Source: Xylographa opegraphella (lineage: Eukaryota). From it: a stretch of 64,000 nt of DNA. Location of the stretch: NCBI GenBank assembly GCA_022813865.1, contig JALDZX010000078.1:1-64000 (forward strand), in the 5' to 3' direction. A model generated the notes under the pieces. It made no database searches, was not told the DNA's origin, and was given only the letters and a program-made list of their open reading frames with translations. Made by a program: the position numbers and the translations under genes. Every line of letters begins with the position of its first letter. Positions within the stretch are counted from its first letter, which is position 1. Shown piece after piece: positions 50,369 through 62,550 of the stretch.

Positions 50369-53300
50369 ATGGTTTTCAAGCCTTTCTCTCATCTTGCACG
50401 TCAAAGTTTCACAAAGTCTTTGACCCATGGCTACGCCCAGTCTGTTGTCGCAGCCACTCAATCTTCCCATCCGTTATCGACAACCCAATTTGGTCCATTC
50501 ACAAATCACTCCTCCGCCAGGTTTGGGAAGCCAGGAACTGCACAGCTTCGCGATGCTTTCCACAATGCTTCGACTTCACCCAACATAACCTCCAAAGCGA
50601 ACTATGCTGCGCCCAGCACAGATCCCTCTGGTGATGGAGGCTTGGAAGAATACTATGCGGCATGGCAGAAGCAACGACGGGCCGGTGAAGCAGATGAGTG
50701 GCAGCAATTTCAATTTCCGAAGAGGATAGGATGGAGAACGCCTTCAGCAGTATTCGAAGGCCGAGGAAGGGAGAAGGATAATGGTGGCCTACGATCTGAA
50801 GTTGGTCATGCGCATGGAATGAAATCGAATGAGCGTGCCCACAGTACCGGCACGGTTGACGATATCAGGAAAACCCAGGGCGATACAACCGAGGCTATTG
50901 CTATTGCCCAAATCAACGAAGCCATTGCGAAGGAGATCGAGGACATTGAACAAGCAAGAAAGGCTGCTGAACTCGACGTGAACGAGTCGCCAATCCCGCA
51001 TCAGAGTTCGAAAGAGGAGCGCCCCTACGCCGTCGATCAGCCTTCTAAATCGTCGTCGACAACCGCGAAATCTTTTTCATCAACGGGCTCCGTTGCAAGT
51101 GGTGACACTGCCATAGCCTCCACAACAAGCACAGACTCTACACCTTATGTGGATCATCTCGTTTTCCTGCAGAAAGAGAATCGGTATGCCGAGATTCCGC
51201 CAGTCTTTGAGTCCCTCCTTCGCGCTGGTCTGCTCCCACCAGCCCACGCATACAATGCTCTTCTCAAAGCCGCAATTTACTTACCAACGGATAATCACTT
51301 CGTGGTCCCCAAAGTACTGGATGTCTACTCAGATATGCTTAGACGAAAAGTGTTACCCGACACAGAGACGTACACCATACTTCTCGACCTCCTGTCTATG
51401 AGGGCTCTGGAAGTTTCGCAAATGAAGAACGATCTCGTTGTGAGCAGGCGTCGTTTTGGGGGAATGAAAGATGCAAGTCGCTTCATGTTCCGGTCGCAAG
51501 AAGTTGAGCACGATATCCTCGTGGAGGATACTGCTCTCAGTATTGCAATGAAGCTGTTCGAATCATCCACTGCTGTTCATCATCATCGTACCTTCTCAGC
51601 TTCTACATACCGTCTATTCCTTAACGCTTGTGCTGCAAATGGGGAAATTGACCACATGATTCGAATATATTCGCATATGGAAGCCCACAAGGTTGTCCCC
51701 TTTGCCTCTGTTTACCCTGCCATGATCAAGGCCTTTGCAGTTTCGGGTGATCTTTGCAGCGCTATAGAATGCTATAACGAGTACAAATCCTTGGCCATCG
51801 CAGACGATAGTGGGAAGCTAGCTGTTATTCAGCGAGAAGATGATGCAGTGTATGCTGCAGTGGTCAAAGCCTACGCCGTATGTGGCAAACACGATGGCGC
51901 CGATCGGTTCTTTAGAAAGATCATTCATTCGTTGGCGGAGACCGGTGTCGCAGATCGTTTGCTTGCAGTTCGAGATACGATCGTTCTCGACGCATTTATT
52001 CAAGCACGTCTTGACTCTGAAGACTTCAATGGTGCTTACGCAGCAGCAGAATCACAACCGATTACCACCAGCAAGCGCTTACAGGCGATGGCACGAGTTT
52101 GCGCTGTTGCAGCCGACAACAACAACATCGATATCGCTAGCAGAGCATATCAATTCGTATCTTCCTCTATGAACCACATCACAACTCCGGCTATTGCCAT
52201 GCTTGCACTTTACATTCGTGGTGGCGACGTTGGCTCCGCTAGAAATGTGTGGAACAGCCTGGCTACAATTCCTTCGTCAACATCGTTTATAGAGCCTACG
52301 GCAATGTACGCCGTAGCGTTAATAGGTAGTGGCAATGTTGAGGAAGGGCTCATGCAAGCTCGGCAGTCTTTCACACGCATCCGTTCATCGGTTGAACCCA
52401 AAGCTGTTCGGTCGGATATGACAGACAGGATTGACGAAGCCATTGAATTCATCAGTACTTTCCTCGTGGGGCACGGTATAGTTCCCACACCACAAGCCAG
52501 TATGAGTTTCATGTGGGCAATGATTGAGAACGGAGGCCTTATTCCGCAGGTTGCAGAACAACTCCTTGTTGGCCTTTGTCCTGCTGATGTCGCGACACTG
52601 AGCTGGCAGGACTTGAAGCTTGCCCTCCAAATCGAAGCTGGCATTCTCACAAGTGAACAGGCCACCAAGGATATTTCACATTCCTCAAGGTTTGCACATC
52701 TTCTTGAGACCTCACTCACTAGCCGCATGCCACTTGACACGCGTACTGCTGAACTTGTTGAGAAGGCTCTGGGCCAGGTTGGTCATGAATGCGCAGATCT
52801 CGTAGCGCAATGGCACAGCTCAAAGCTTCCTGTTGCCCAGCCACTTGCTTTCATTCAACACACGCCTATTCTTGCAACTCCTATGATCCCCGACGAAGCT
52901 TTTGATCCACATGCTGCTTTGGTTGACCATCGAGGATCGGCTATTATAGTTGATGAGTTAGAGAAGCAAGGAAACAGAACCGGAGCCAATCTTAACGAAG
53001 CTCTCCTGAGATTTAGGAACATAAGACGTGCTGGCAGGCACCCTAGGTATATTGCATACGCAAAGCTGATAACAGCAGCCGCAAAGGACGGGCGTGCCAC
53101 CCTTACTTATGACATCCTTGGAATGGCACGACAAGATATGCCGTTCCTGTCACAATATGCTGTCGTGAGACATGGTTGGACGTCCATACTAGATGCTATG
53201 GTCGGTGCATGTCTCACCATTGGCAACCGTCGGATGGCAGAAAATTTCCACCAAGAGCTTCTCGATATGGGAGCGGCGCCAACAGCAAATACCTTCGGTC

Positions 53301-54352
53301 TTTATATAACTACTCTCAAAGAATCCACAAAGACATTTGACGAAGCTACTGAAGCCGTGAAAATCTTCCACCGAGCCAAGTCGGAAGGTGTGGAGCCTTC
53401 AAGCTTTCTCTACAATGCCTTAATCGGCAAGCTTGGAAAGGCACGCCGTATCGATGACTGTCTATTCTACTTCGCGGAAATGCGTACTCGTGGGATCCGG
53501 CCTACAAGTGTGACATACGGCACTATTGTCAATGCCTTGTGCCGTGTAAGCGACGATCGCTTTGCACAGGAGCTCTTCGATGAGATGGAATCAATGCCGA
53601 ATTACAAGCCGCGTCCGGCACCATACAATAGCTTGATGCAGTTCTTTCTGACGACAAAGCGCGATAGTGCCAAGGTCTTAGAGTATTACCAGCGAATGCA
53701 GTCAAGAAATATTCAGCCAACTATGCATACCTACAAGCTCTTGATTGACACGCACGCAACTCTAGAACCAGTCAACATGGCGGCTGCTGAGGGGGTGCTT
53801 GAGGCGATTCGATCATCTGGTCAGCGCCCCGAGGCTGTTCACTATGCTTCACTCATCCACGCCAAAGGATGTGTTTTACATGATATCACCGGAGCACGCC
53901 AGATTTTCGACAATGTGCTAGCAGACACTACCATACGTCCTCAAGCATGTCTCTACCAAGCACTTTTCGAGTCTATGGTGGCAAATCACTGCGTCAGCGA
54001 GACCGAGTCGGTCTTGAATAACATGGCTGTCAGGGGCGTTGAATTGACTCCATACATCGCAAACACCTTGATTCACGGCTGGGCCATGGAGAAGGACATC
54101 ACTCAAGCCAAGTCAGCTTATGATAGCATTGGCAAGGACAAACGAGAGCCTAGCACATACGAGGCTATGACAAGGGCCTTCTTGGCTGTGGAGGATCGGG
54201 AGAGTGCATCGACGGTAGTTCATGAAATGCTCTCACGGGGATATCCCTCGGCTGTGTCCGGCAAGATCCTGGAGCTTCTTGGCCACGGGATGAGTCGTAC
54301 GAGCAGCGTGAAGCCTTCCGTGATGGCCTCTGACATCTCAAACCAATTGTGA
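50369..54352 (+). CDS. Pentatricopeptide repeat protein, probably mitochondrial
   Basis: 1327-aa ORF; presequence-like N-terminus; PPR motifs e.g. PSSFLYNALIGKLGK..FAEMRTRGIRPTSVTYGTIVNALC, PTMHTYKLLI, PEAVHYASLI. Confidence 0.92.
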   Translation: MVFKPFSHLARQSFTKSLTHGYAQSVVAATQSSHPLSTTQFGPFTNHSSARFGKPGTAQLRDAFHNASTSPNITSKANYAAPSTDPSGDGGLEEYYAAWQKQRRAGEADEWQQFQFPKRIGWRTPSAVFEGRGREKDNGGLRSEVGHAHGMKSNERAHSTGTVDDIRKTQGDTTEAIAIAQINEAIAKEIEDIEQARKAAELDVNESPIPHQSSKEERPYAVDQPSKSSSTTAKSFSSTGSVASGDTAIASTTSTDSTPYVDHLVFLQKENRYAEIPPVFESLLRAGLLPPAHAYNALLKAAIYLPTDNHFVVPKVLDVYSDMLRRKVLPDTETYTILLDLLSMRALEVSQMKNDLVVSRRRFGGMKDASRFMFRSQEVEHDILVEDTALSIAMKLFESSTAVHHHRTFSASTYRLFLNACAANGEIDHMIRIYSHMEAHKVVPFASVYPAMIKAFAVSGDLCSAIECYNEYKSLAIADDSGKLAVIQREDDAVYAAVVKAYAVCGKHDGADRFFRKIIHSLAETGVADRLLAVRDTIVLDAFIQARLDSEDFNGAYAAAESQPITTSKRLQAMARVCAVAADNNNIDIASRAYQFVSSSMNHITTPAIAMLALYIRGGDVGSARNVWNSLATIPSSTSFIEPTAMYAVALIGSGNVEEGLMQARQSFTRIRSSVEPKAVRSDMTDRIDEAIEFISTFLVGHGIVPTPQASMSFMWAMIENGGLIPQVAEQLLVGLCPADVATLSWQDLKLALQIEAGILTSEQATKDISHSSRFAHLLETSLTSRMPLDTRTAELVEKALGQVGHECADLVAQWHSSKLPVAQPLAFIQHTPILATPMIPDEAFDPHAALVDHRGSAIIVDELEKQGNRTGANLNEALLRFRNIRRAGRHPRYIAYAKLITAAAKDGRATLTYDILGMARQDMPFLSQYAVVRHGWTSILDAMVGACLTIGNRRMAENFHQELLDMGAAPTANTFGLYITTLKESTKTFDEATEAVKIFHRAKSEGVEPSSFLYNALIGKLGKARRIDDCLFYFAEMRTRGIRPTSVTYGTIVNALCRVSDDRFAQELFDEMESMPNYKPRPAPYNSLMQFFLTTKRDSAKVLEYYQRMQSRNIQPTMHTYKLLIDTHATLEPVNMAAAEGVLEAIRSSGQRPEAVHYASLIHAKGCVLHDITGARQIFDNVLADTTIRPQACLYQALFESMVANHCVSETESVLNNMAVRGVELTPYIANTLIHGWAMEKDITQAKSAYDSIGKDKREPSTYEAMTRAFLAVEDRESASTVVHEMLSRGYPSAVSGKILELLGHGMSRTSSVKPSVMASDISNQL

Positions 54353-55160
54353 AAGTCCTTTGTGGCGATAGGTTACTAACTTCCTCTTTCTACATGATAC
54401 TCGAGCATATATGAATGGAAATGGCAGATTGGGTATCGCGGCTTTGCGGTTGGCTTACAAAAATTGGCGTTATTGGTGGAAGCATAGCATGCGAGGTGTC
54501 TAGTGGCAGCGCTCCTGTATAACAGCGGTCGAGCAGATTATGTGGGTGGCATATCTTGGAAGATATCTTGATGGCGCAGAACAGTACTGTACGATAGATA
54601 GACATCTCAACTCAAAGCTAGATCTAGTGCTCTAGAATCTAGGTAGACAAACGATGATCGTTATCAACTTGCAAAATCTCCTCGGCGTTCGACTGTCAGC
54701 AGAGGTGACATGCGACATTTAAATGATCACGATCCATGAATGTGCTCCGGCCCGTTCTCTCAAACGATTTCGGGCACAGCAAACAATGCGGCATTCAGCC
54801 AGGTCCACCAAGTGTGGGACATCGATGTTCTGCAACTGGATCTGGGAGAGCGGATACGATTGATGTTCTCATTTGGAAAGTCGGCCTTAGACAACGTACA
54901 TATTGCAAATCGTTTGAAGCAGTGAAGCAGTCTGGCTACAGACCGACGAATGTTATGTGGAGGCTGCCCTCATATATCCTAATGACTGACTACCGCTATC
55001 GCTGTCACATCTCTCGGGATCCGGAAGAAATTACCTGGAGACACGACAAGCTTACCCGGCGATGCACGATGACCACATTACAGACGACACCTGAGGTTCC
55101 AGGAACAGAACTGCAAATCAAACACTACTTGAAGCATCCTACGACCCACCTTCTCTACTC

Positions 55161-55988
55161 ATGCGGGCCCCCTCCCCGCTCCTCTCCCAGCTGTCCCGCA
55201 TGACTTCCTCCACCCCCAAAGAACGACACATCCGTACCCTCCCTTTCCCTCCCACTCTCTTGCGCTCCCCAAACGCACTAACAAAGTCTCCAGTGACCCC
55301 CACCGACTCCACCGACGCCTCTTTCCGCGCACAGCAGTACCAAAAAGGCACCCTCTCGCGCTCGCAGCTCCTGCCCTCCGCTTTCGCTCAGTTCGCCGCC
55401 TGGTTTGCTGCTGCGCAAGCCTCGCACGTGCACCAGCCTGAGACGGTATGCCTGTCCACGGCCGCGCTGCCCTCGGGCGCCGTGTCCTCGCGCTTCGTGT
55501 ATTTAAAGGAACTGGACGCCAAGGGCTTTGTGATCTACAGTAACTGGGCGACGTCGCGCAAGGCGAGCGACGTGCGCAGCAACCCTGTTGCCAGCCTCGC
55601 GTTCTGGTGGCACGAGGTCGAGCGGCAGGTCCGCGTCGAGGGGGCCGTGGAGCGCTTGAGCCGGGAGGAGAGTCAGGCGTATTATGATCTGAGGGCCCGA
55701 GGAAGTAAGATCGGGGCGTGGGCGAGCGAGCAGAGTAGCGTGCTGAGGGAGGAAGATGGGGAAAGGGAGGTGCTGGAGAAGAGGGTAAAGGAGGTGGAAG
55801 GGAGATTTGCGGGTATGGAGGATGGGGAGATCCCAGTGCCGGAATTTTGGGGTGGGATCAGGGTGGTGCCAACGGTAGTCGAGTTTTGGCAGGGTAGGGA
55901 GAGTAGGTTACATGATCGGTTCAGGTATACGAAGGTAGGGGAGGGAAAAGGGGAAGGAGAGTGGATGATTGAGCGACTGAGTCCGTAG
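55161..55988 (+). CDS. PDX3: Pyridoxamine 5'-phosphate oxidase
   Basis: SSRFVYLKE, SRK, RQVRVEG, SKIGAWASEQS, WGG, EFWQGRESRLHDRF, ERLSP*; second in-frame ATG at 55200. Confidence 0.96.
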   Translation: MRAPSPLLSQLSRMTSSTPKERHIRTLPFPPTLLRSPNALTKSPVTPTDSTDASFRAQQYQKGTLSRSQLLPSAFAQFAAWFAAAQASHVHQPETVCLSTAALPSGAVSSRFVYLKELDAKGFVIYSNWATSRKASDVRSNPVASLAFWWHEVERQVRVEGAVERLSREESQAYYDLRARGSKIGAWASEQSSVLREEDGEREVLEKRVKEVEGRFAGMEDGEIPVPEFWGGIRVVPTVVEFWQGRESRLHDRFRYTKVGEGKGEGEWMIERLSP

Positions 55989-56066
55989 GACGCGTTAGCT
56001 GTGCGTGTAACTGGTGAACAGGTGAGTAGTATTGAACGAATACGAGATGAGCCACGATATATTATG

Positions 56067-57838
56067 CTATCCTATTCGATATGGTTCAGCGCCCTTGCCA
56101 AAAATAAGATGTGGCTTGCGAGCAGCCACGTCTAGCACTGTTTGTGCAAACACAGAATTAGCCCAGGCAAACCAACTCCCTGCTTGATATCAGCAATTTG
56201 TCATAGTTAAAGGAATCCCGACCACCTACGAGTATAGTCTGCAACTCTTTCGACATTGATGCTTTCGTGTATCAAGCCCAATTTGCTAGTCTTCAACACA
56301 GCCTCGAGACTGTCTAATATCTCTTCGTCATCATCACTAGTCATCGCCTGAACGAGCCTGCTCATGGGCCAAGCGTGCTGAAGTCCAATATGGGGACCTC
56401 CAATCGCGCTAAAGCCTTTCCCTGTCAGGTAATACGGATTACCTGACTTCTCAAGTATCATTTTCCGCGTATTTTGGTAAATTTTGTCAGAGACATCAAC
56501 AAAGCCTAGGAGCGGCAAGGCCAGAAGTGACGGCAGATTAGCGTCATCCATCAGTATTTGCGAGCCGTACCCATCCACTTCGAAAGCAAACACCTCGCCG
56601 TAGTGCTTGTGCCTGACAACACCGTGCTCCCAAACCCCCTTCTCAATACTCGAGGCGCGGGCTAGGAGTACGTTGCGAAGTTCTACCTTGCCGGCTGATC
56701 CGACAACTTCGGCCGTGCGCTTGAGCTCTACGGCCATCATGGCGTTCGCAGGAATGAAAAACCCCAATATGGTGGCATCGTCGCTGGGCCGGAAAGCGCT
56801 CCGAACGAGCCCTGTGCGACCATTGAGAGGATTACCGACTCCACCAAGGGCCAGTGTTTCACTGCTCACCGTAGTAACCCTCTGAAAAGTGTACTCGTTG
56901 ATTTCAAACTTCCCTGTTGTTTCGTTGAACGTCGACTTCGACTGTTCATCTAGAACTACTAGTAGCGTTTCCAGGGCTGTATACCAGCGATTCGTCAGAA
57001 ACGCTGTAGACTTTGTTGTGGCATAGAACTGGTTTCCGAGGGTTAAGAAATGAGCCAAAGAGTCTAGCTCATATTTGCATTCGAAAACTTGGGTCGATTC
57101 AAAAGCTGGGTGGACAGTATCGTGCTGACCGTTGCCAGTTGGTGGTATATTACTTGGTGGAGGTGGTTGAAATGCATTGCAATACGGCGACTCAATCACA
57201 TATTCAGCTTGTGTATTGATCGCCCCTAGGATCAAAGCCTCAATCTTTTTGTCTTTCGGTGCCAATGCTTGATATTGCGCCAACTGGTTGGTAGAGTCCC
57301 GTAACCATTCAGCATTGATATCTCCGGTCACAATAAAGCTCTGGGGTCCTTCCCAAACGCCGTTGCTACTCCCACCCACGTAGAGCTTAGCCTTGGTCTT
57401 CTTTTGCGTTCCATCAACATGCCATCGGACGGTGGTATCGAGCGTGTTCGGGAATGCATTCTCGAATAGTCGGGCAAGGTCCTTATCCTCCATACGAGAT
57501 GTGATATCCTCGATGACTTTCTCGACCAGAGGCGATGTAAATGTACGACAGGGTAGTGAAGGTCTTTGGTATGGTAAGGCCAATGGTCCTTCGCTCAACG
57601 GACGACTACCAGTGTTCAGCGGTTTCTTGAGACTCGCCAACGAGCATACTTACTGAGGAAAGACGGCGTAGTGCTGATAATCAGGACATGCTGCTCTGTA
57701 TCTCGCACCATCCAGGTCAGACTCGAGAACATTCTGGCCCCCACCTGCTCTTGTGTCTTCGCCTGGCACTGCCATTGTCATAAGAAAGGCGCACGTCAAG
57801 CTCAGGAGTCGAGCGGCGAAACCCGGAGAAGCCATCAT
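56067..57838 (-). CDS. Glycoside hydrolase family 125 (DUF1237; exo-alpha-1,6-mannosidase-like), with signal peptide (3 exons)
   Basis: FENAFPNTLDTT, TGDINAEWLRDS, ECKYELDSL, FRPSDDA, FEVDGYG, MDDANLPSLL, IGGPH, HES, YTR|SWFAWANS. Confidence 0.93.
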
Positions 57839-58200
57839 ACAACTATCGATCAAGATGAAGGCTTGCTACGCAATGAACTTTCGCCGGGTAGACTACACGT
57901 ATAGACGTGAATCCCGTGTGCTAGGACAATTGCTGCTTTCCGTAGCAGCCAAGCCCCACAGCATCACATAGGTCCAAGGTCAATATGTCGTGGGCAGCAT
58001 TTTGAAGCTCTGCATGTAGCGGGAAGTATCCCTTCTGCAAACCATAGCCGCTGCTATTGATGCAATTGCACCCTTGATTATGGCTACAGAGAAATACCGC
58101 TCTTAAAGTTTGCGTCTGTAGAGTAGTCTAGAGCAAGGTAATTGCCGTAGAGTAGTCTAGCTGATGATTCAGGCGGCGGCACGCGGCGGCAGGCGGCGGG

Positions 58201-58207
58201 TGAGTCA
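58201..58207. promoter_or_regulatory. TGAGTCA (Gcn4/CpcA/AP-1 type) site in the GH125/UBA1 divergent promoter
   Basis: Exact heptamer upstream of the UBA1 leader; single site. Confidence 0.25.
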
Positions 58208-58646
58208 GCCTTGCCGCGGAAGACAAGTGACCACCCCGGTCAAGCCAATCCTCGATTGCATCAGACAGTGTCAAATCTCTTCCTCGCCCAGCGCCTTCTC
58301 TCTTTTTTGCTGCAAACTTCCGCATCTGGTTCAAGGGGAAGCTTCTTGCACCAACCCTCTCTCTGTCATCTCTTACTGTAAGGGAAGCTTCGAGGTGTCA
58401 CCAACGAGCTATAAGTGAAATCACGGGCACATGCACACAACTAATCTTTCTGCTCAGAGCATCTGATCCGCATAGCGTGCTTTTCGGCCTGCAGCCTCCA
58501 TAACCACCAGCAATAGCCTTCGGCTCGCAGAAGTGCGAGCAAGTCGATAGTCACCCGTCATTCACTCCCACGCAGACACTCCGGAGGTGGACAAAGTGGG
58601 CAAGCGGAAGACCTCCAGTGAAGATTTGCGCCCACACAAGAAGATC

Positions 58647-61600
58647 ATGACGGTTAGTGCCTTTATTTATGATGCACGAGATGGCTCATGAATCATTCGG
58701 CTCGGACTTCTGCTGCTTGGCTATTGGAATAAGACAACCCGACAATCTGTCAGAAAAATACCTTACCGTCGCGCTCTACTTGCTTTGCAATCAGCGGAGT
58801 CTTGCGTCTTCATCTCATAACCCTACTAATTTTTGCTAATAGGACAGCAAAATGGATGTCGATGTCCCTGCACCCGAGCGGGCACAGGACACCACCAACG
58901 CTGAGATAGATGAATCTCTCTACAGCAGACAGCTTTATGTACTTGGCCACGAAGCCATGAAGCGGATGGGGTCTTCGCACGTCTTGATAGCTGGCATGCG
59001 GGGTCTCGGCATTGAAATAGGTGATGAGTACTGTATTGATTCCTCCTCGGACTGTGTCTGACCGTATTACCTTCTAGCCAAGAACATCGCTCTTGCTGGT
59101 GTCAAATCTCTTACGTTGTTTGATCCTGCGCCTGCCGCCATGTCCGATCTCTCCTCCCAATTCTTCCTCCATTTAGACGACATCGGAAAACCAAGAGCAC
59201 AGGTCACTGCCCCTCGAGTATCTGAATTAAATGCCTATACTCCTGTCTCAGTACACCATTCAGAGAGTCTTACTTCAGACCTTGATCAACTCCGGCGATA
59301 TCAGGTTATCGTGCTTACTGACACGGGCCTGAAAGACCAGCTCATCATTTCCGATTACTGCCACCAGAATGGAATCTTCCTGATTATCACAGATATTTAT
59401 GGTTTATTTGGATATATTTTCACGGACTTTGGTGACAAATTTCCCTGCGTGGACCCGACTGGCGAAAGTCCGTTAAGCGGAATTGTTGCGGACATCGACT
59501 CTGACGGACTTGTGTCTGCGCTGGATGAGACAAGACATGGTCTTGAGGACGGAGATTACGTTACGTTCACGGAGGTCGAAGGAATGGAAGGATTGAATAA
59601 CGCGGAGCCGCGTAAGGTTGAGGTTAAGGGCCCTTATACGTTCTCAATCGGAGATGTGTCCGGATTGGGACAGTATAAGAAAGGCGGCCTGTTCACGCAG
59701 GCCAAGATGCCTAAAGTAATCAACTTCAAGTCGTTCACCGATCAGTTTGAAAACCCAGAATTCATGATCTCCGACTTCGCCAAGTTCGATCGGCCTCAAC
59801 AGCTTCACATTGGTATTCAAGCTTTACATGACTTTGTAGGAAGGCATGAAGGTCAATTACCGCGGGCACACAATGATGAAGACGCTGTGGAAGTATTCGA
59901 AGTGGCCCAGTCCATTGCAGCGAAAGGAAAGCAACCAGTTGAGCTTGATAGAAAGATTATCCAGGAACTGAGTTACCAGGCTCGAGGAGACCTCAGTCCG
60001 ATGGCTGCATTCTTTGGTGGACTCGCTGCGCAAGAAGTCCTCAAGTCTGTTTCGGGGAAATTTCACCCAGTGGTACAATGGCTGTACTATGATTCGCTTG
60101 AATCGCTACCATCCTCTACACAACGATCCGAGGAGCTCTGCAAGCCCCTGAATAGTCGATACGATGGACAAATCGCCGTCTTTGGTCGAGAATTCCAGGA
60201 AAAGATCTCAAACACACAAGAATTTCTTGTCGGAGCGGGTGCTATCGGATGCGAGATGTTGAAGAACTGGGCAATGATAGGACTGGCAAGTGGTCCCAAT
60301 GGCAAGATCAGCGTTGCAGACATGGATACCATAGAAAAAAGCAACCTCAACAGGCAATTCTTGTTCAGGACCAAAGACGTTGGCAGAATGAAGAGTGATG
60401 CAGCAACAGAAGCAGTAGAGGCCATGAATCCGGATCTAAAAGGAAAGATTGTCACCCTGAAGGACCGAGTTGGACCGGAGACTGAACACATCTTCAATGA
60501 AAGTTTCTGGGAAGGACTCGATGGAGTTACCAACGCTTTGGACAACGTAGAAGCCCGACAATATGTTGACCGCCGGTGTGTCTTCTTTAGAAAACCACTG
60601 TTGGAGAGTGGAACTCTCGGCACTAAGGGAAACACACAAGTCGTCCTTCCAAATTTGACGGAATCGTACAGTAGTTCTCAAGATCCTCCAGAGCTATCTT
60701 TCCCACAGTGTACATTGAAGAGTTTCCCTAACAAGATCGAGCATACCATTGCCTGGGCTAAAGAGAAGTTCCATGGCTACTTTGTCGGCCCCCCGGAGAT
60801 TGTCAACCTCTACTTGACAAAGCCTAACTACATTCAAGAAACCTTGAAACAATCGGGTAATGAGATAGGAACACTTGAGACTCTACGAGATTACCTGGTC
60901 ACTGAGAAGCCTCTGAATTTTGACGACTGTATAATATGGGCAAGGAACATGTTTGAAAAGGAATACAACAACGCTATTCAGCAGCTTTTGTTCAATTTCC
61001 CGAAGGACTCGACCACATCCAGTGGGGCCGCTTTCTGGTCAGGCCCCAAACGTGCTCCAAATCCGCTTAAATTCAACGTCAATAACCCTACACACCTAAG
61101 TTACGTGGTTTCCGCAGCCAATTTACATGCATTCAATTATGGTATCAAGAGCGGAAGCGTTCCTGAGAGTCACTATAAGAAGGTGATGAGTAATATGATA
61201 ATACCGGAATTCAACCCGGATCCCAAGGTCAAGATACAGGCAGACGACAACGAGCCTGATCCAAATGCTCGACCTGAAGGATCATCCTTTGATGATAACG
61301 ATGAGCTGCAGAAGATCCAGGATCAATTACCACCACCGAAATCCCTGCCTGGCTTTAAACTTGAACCTGTAGAATTTGAGAAAGATGACGATACAAACTA
61401 CCACATCGATTTCATCACTGCCGCCAGTAACCTGAGAGCAGAGAATTATGCCATAGCCACAGCTGATCGACACAAGACCAAATTCATCGCTGGCAAGATT
61501 ATTCCAGCCATTGCCACTACAACTGCACTCGTAACAGGCTTGGTGATATTAGAACTTTACAAGATAATCGATGGTAAGACAGATATTGAGCAGTACAAAA

Positions 61601-62068
61601 ACGGCTTTATCAACCTCGCTCTACCCTTCTTTGGTTTCGGTGAGCCAATGCCCAGTCCAAAGGGTGAATATATTGGCAAGAACGGCAAAGTCACAATCGA
61701 CAAGCTATGGGACCGATTCGAAGTGGAGAACGTGACTCTGACTGAGTTCTTGAACGACTTTAAGGAGAAGGGACTTGATGTTACTATGATCAGCTCGGGC
61801 GTTAGTCTGTTATACGCAAGCTTCTATCCCCCAAAGAAGAATGCGGATAGATTGGGGTTGAAGTAAGTGCATCCACGGGATCATTCTACACCCGATAGCG
61901 ATGATCTCATACTAATAGTTGCATTGCAGGCTCGATCAACTGGTAGAGACTATCAGCAAGAAACCCATTCCATCGCATCAGAAGAACGTGATTTTCGAGA
62001 TCACGGCTGAGGATCAAACAGAGGAGGATGTGGAGATTCCATACGTGATGGTCAAGTTGAGGAAGTAG
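58647..62068 (+). CDS. UBA1: Ubiquitin-activating enzyme E1 (4 coding exons; probable 5'UTR intron 58378-58457)
   Basis: [40 protein letters not shown], active-site [25 protein letters not shown], final exon ..[12 protein letters not shown]. Confidence 0.98.
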
Positions 62069-62550
62069 GCTGCATTGAATTCTAGATTCGCATGTGGATC
62101 CTGTGTGGCGGTTAGATCTCATGATGTACTGAACAACAACGACTGTGTGAGGGGCTCGGATGGAACATGGGTAGATCTCGAGCGTTCGGCTTATATATTA
62201 GACAGTCAACGTGTGCACTGGAAGGAGCATTCATGTACACCTTTCCATCCTTGGTCGTACGTGCAGCTTGTGATTCAAACCGAATGTTGCCTTGGCAAGA
62301 CTACATATTCGGAACAACCGGAATGCTGCAACTTTGAATGTTGAAGTGACTGGTGTCTACATAGACGCTTCAAGCTGTTATGTGGTACTCAAGTCATCCA
62401 ATCCAAGCCTGGGGACCTAGATCTATATATCCGGAACTTTGGGGCAATGAACGTCTCGTTGTCAAGTTGTTCTCTTGCGGTCCATACACCATTCTGGGTT
62501 CTGTGCAACACACCGTCCCTTGACCCACCACCTCCACCAAGTTCTTCCTT

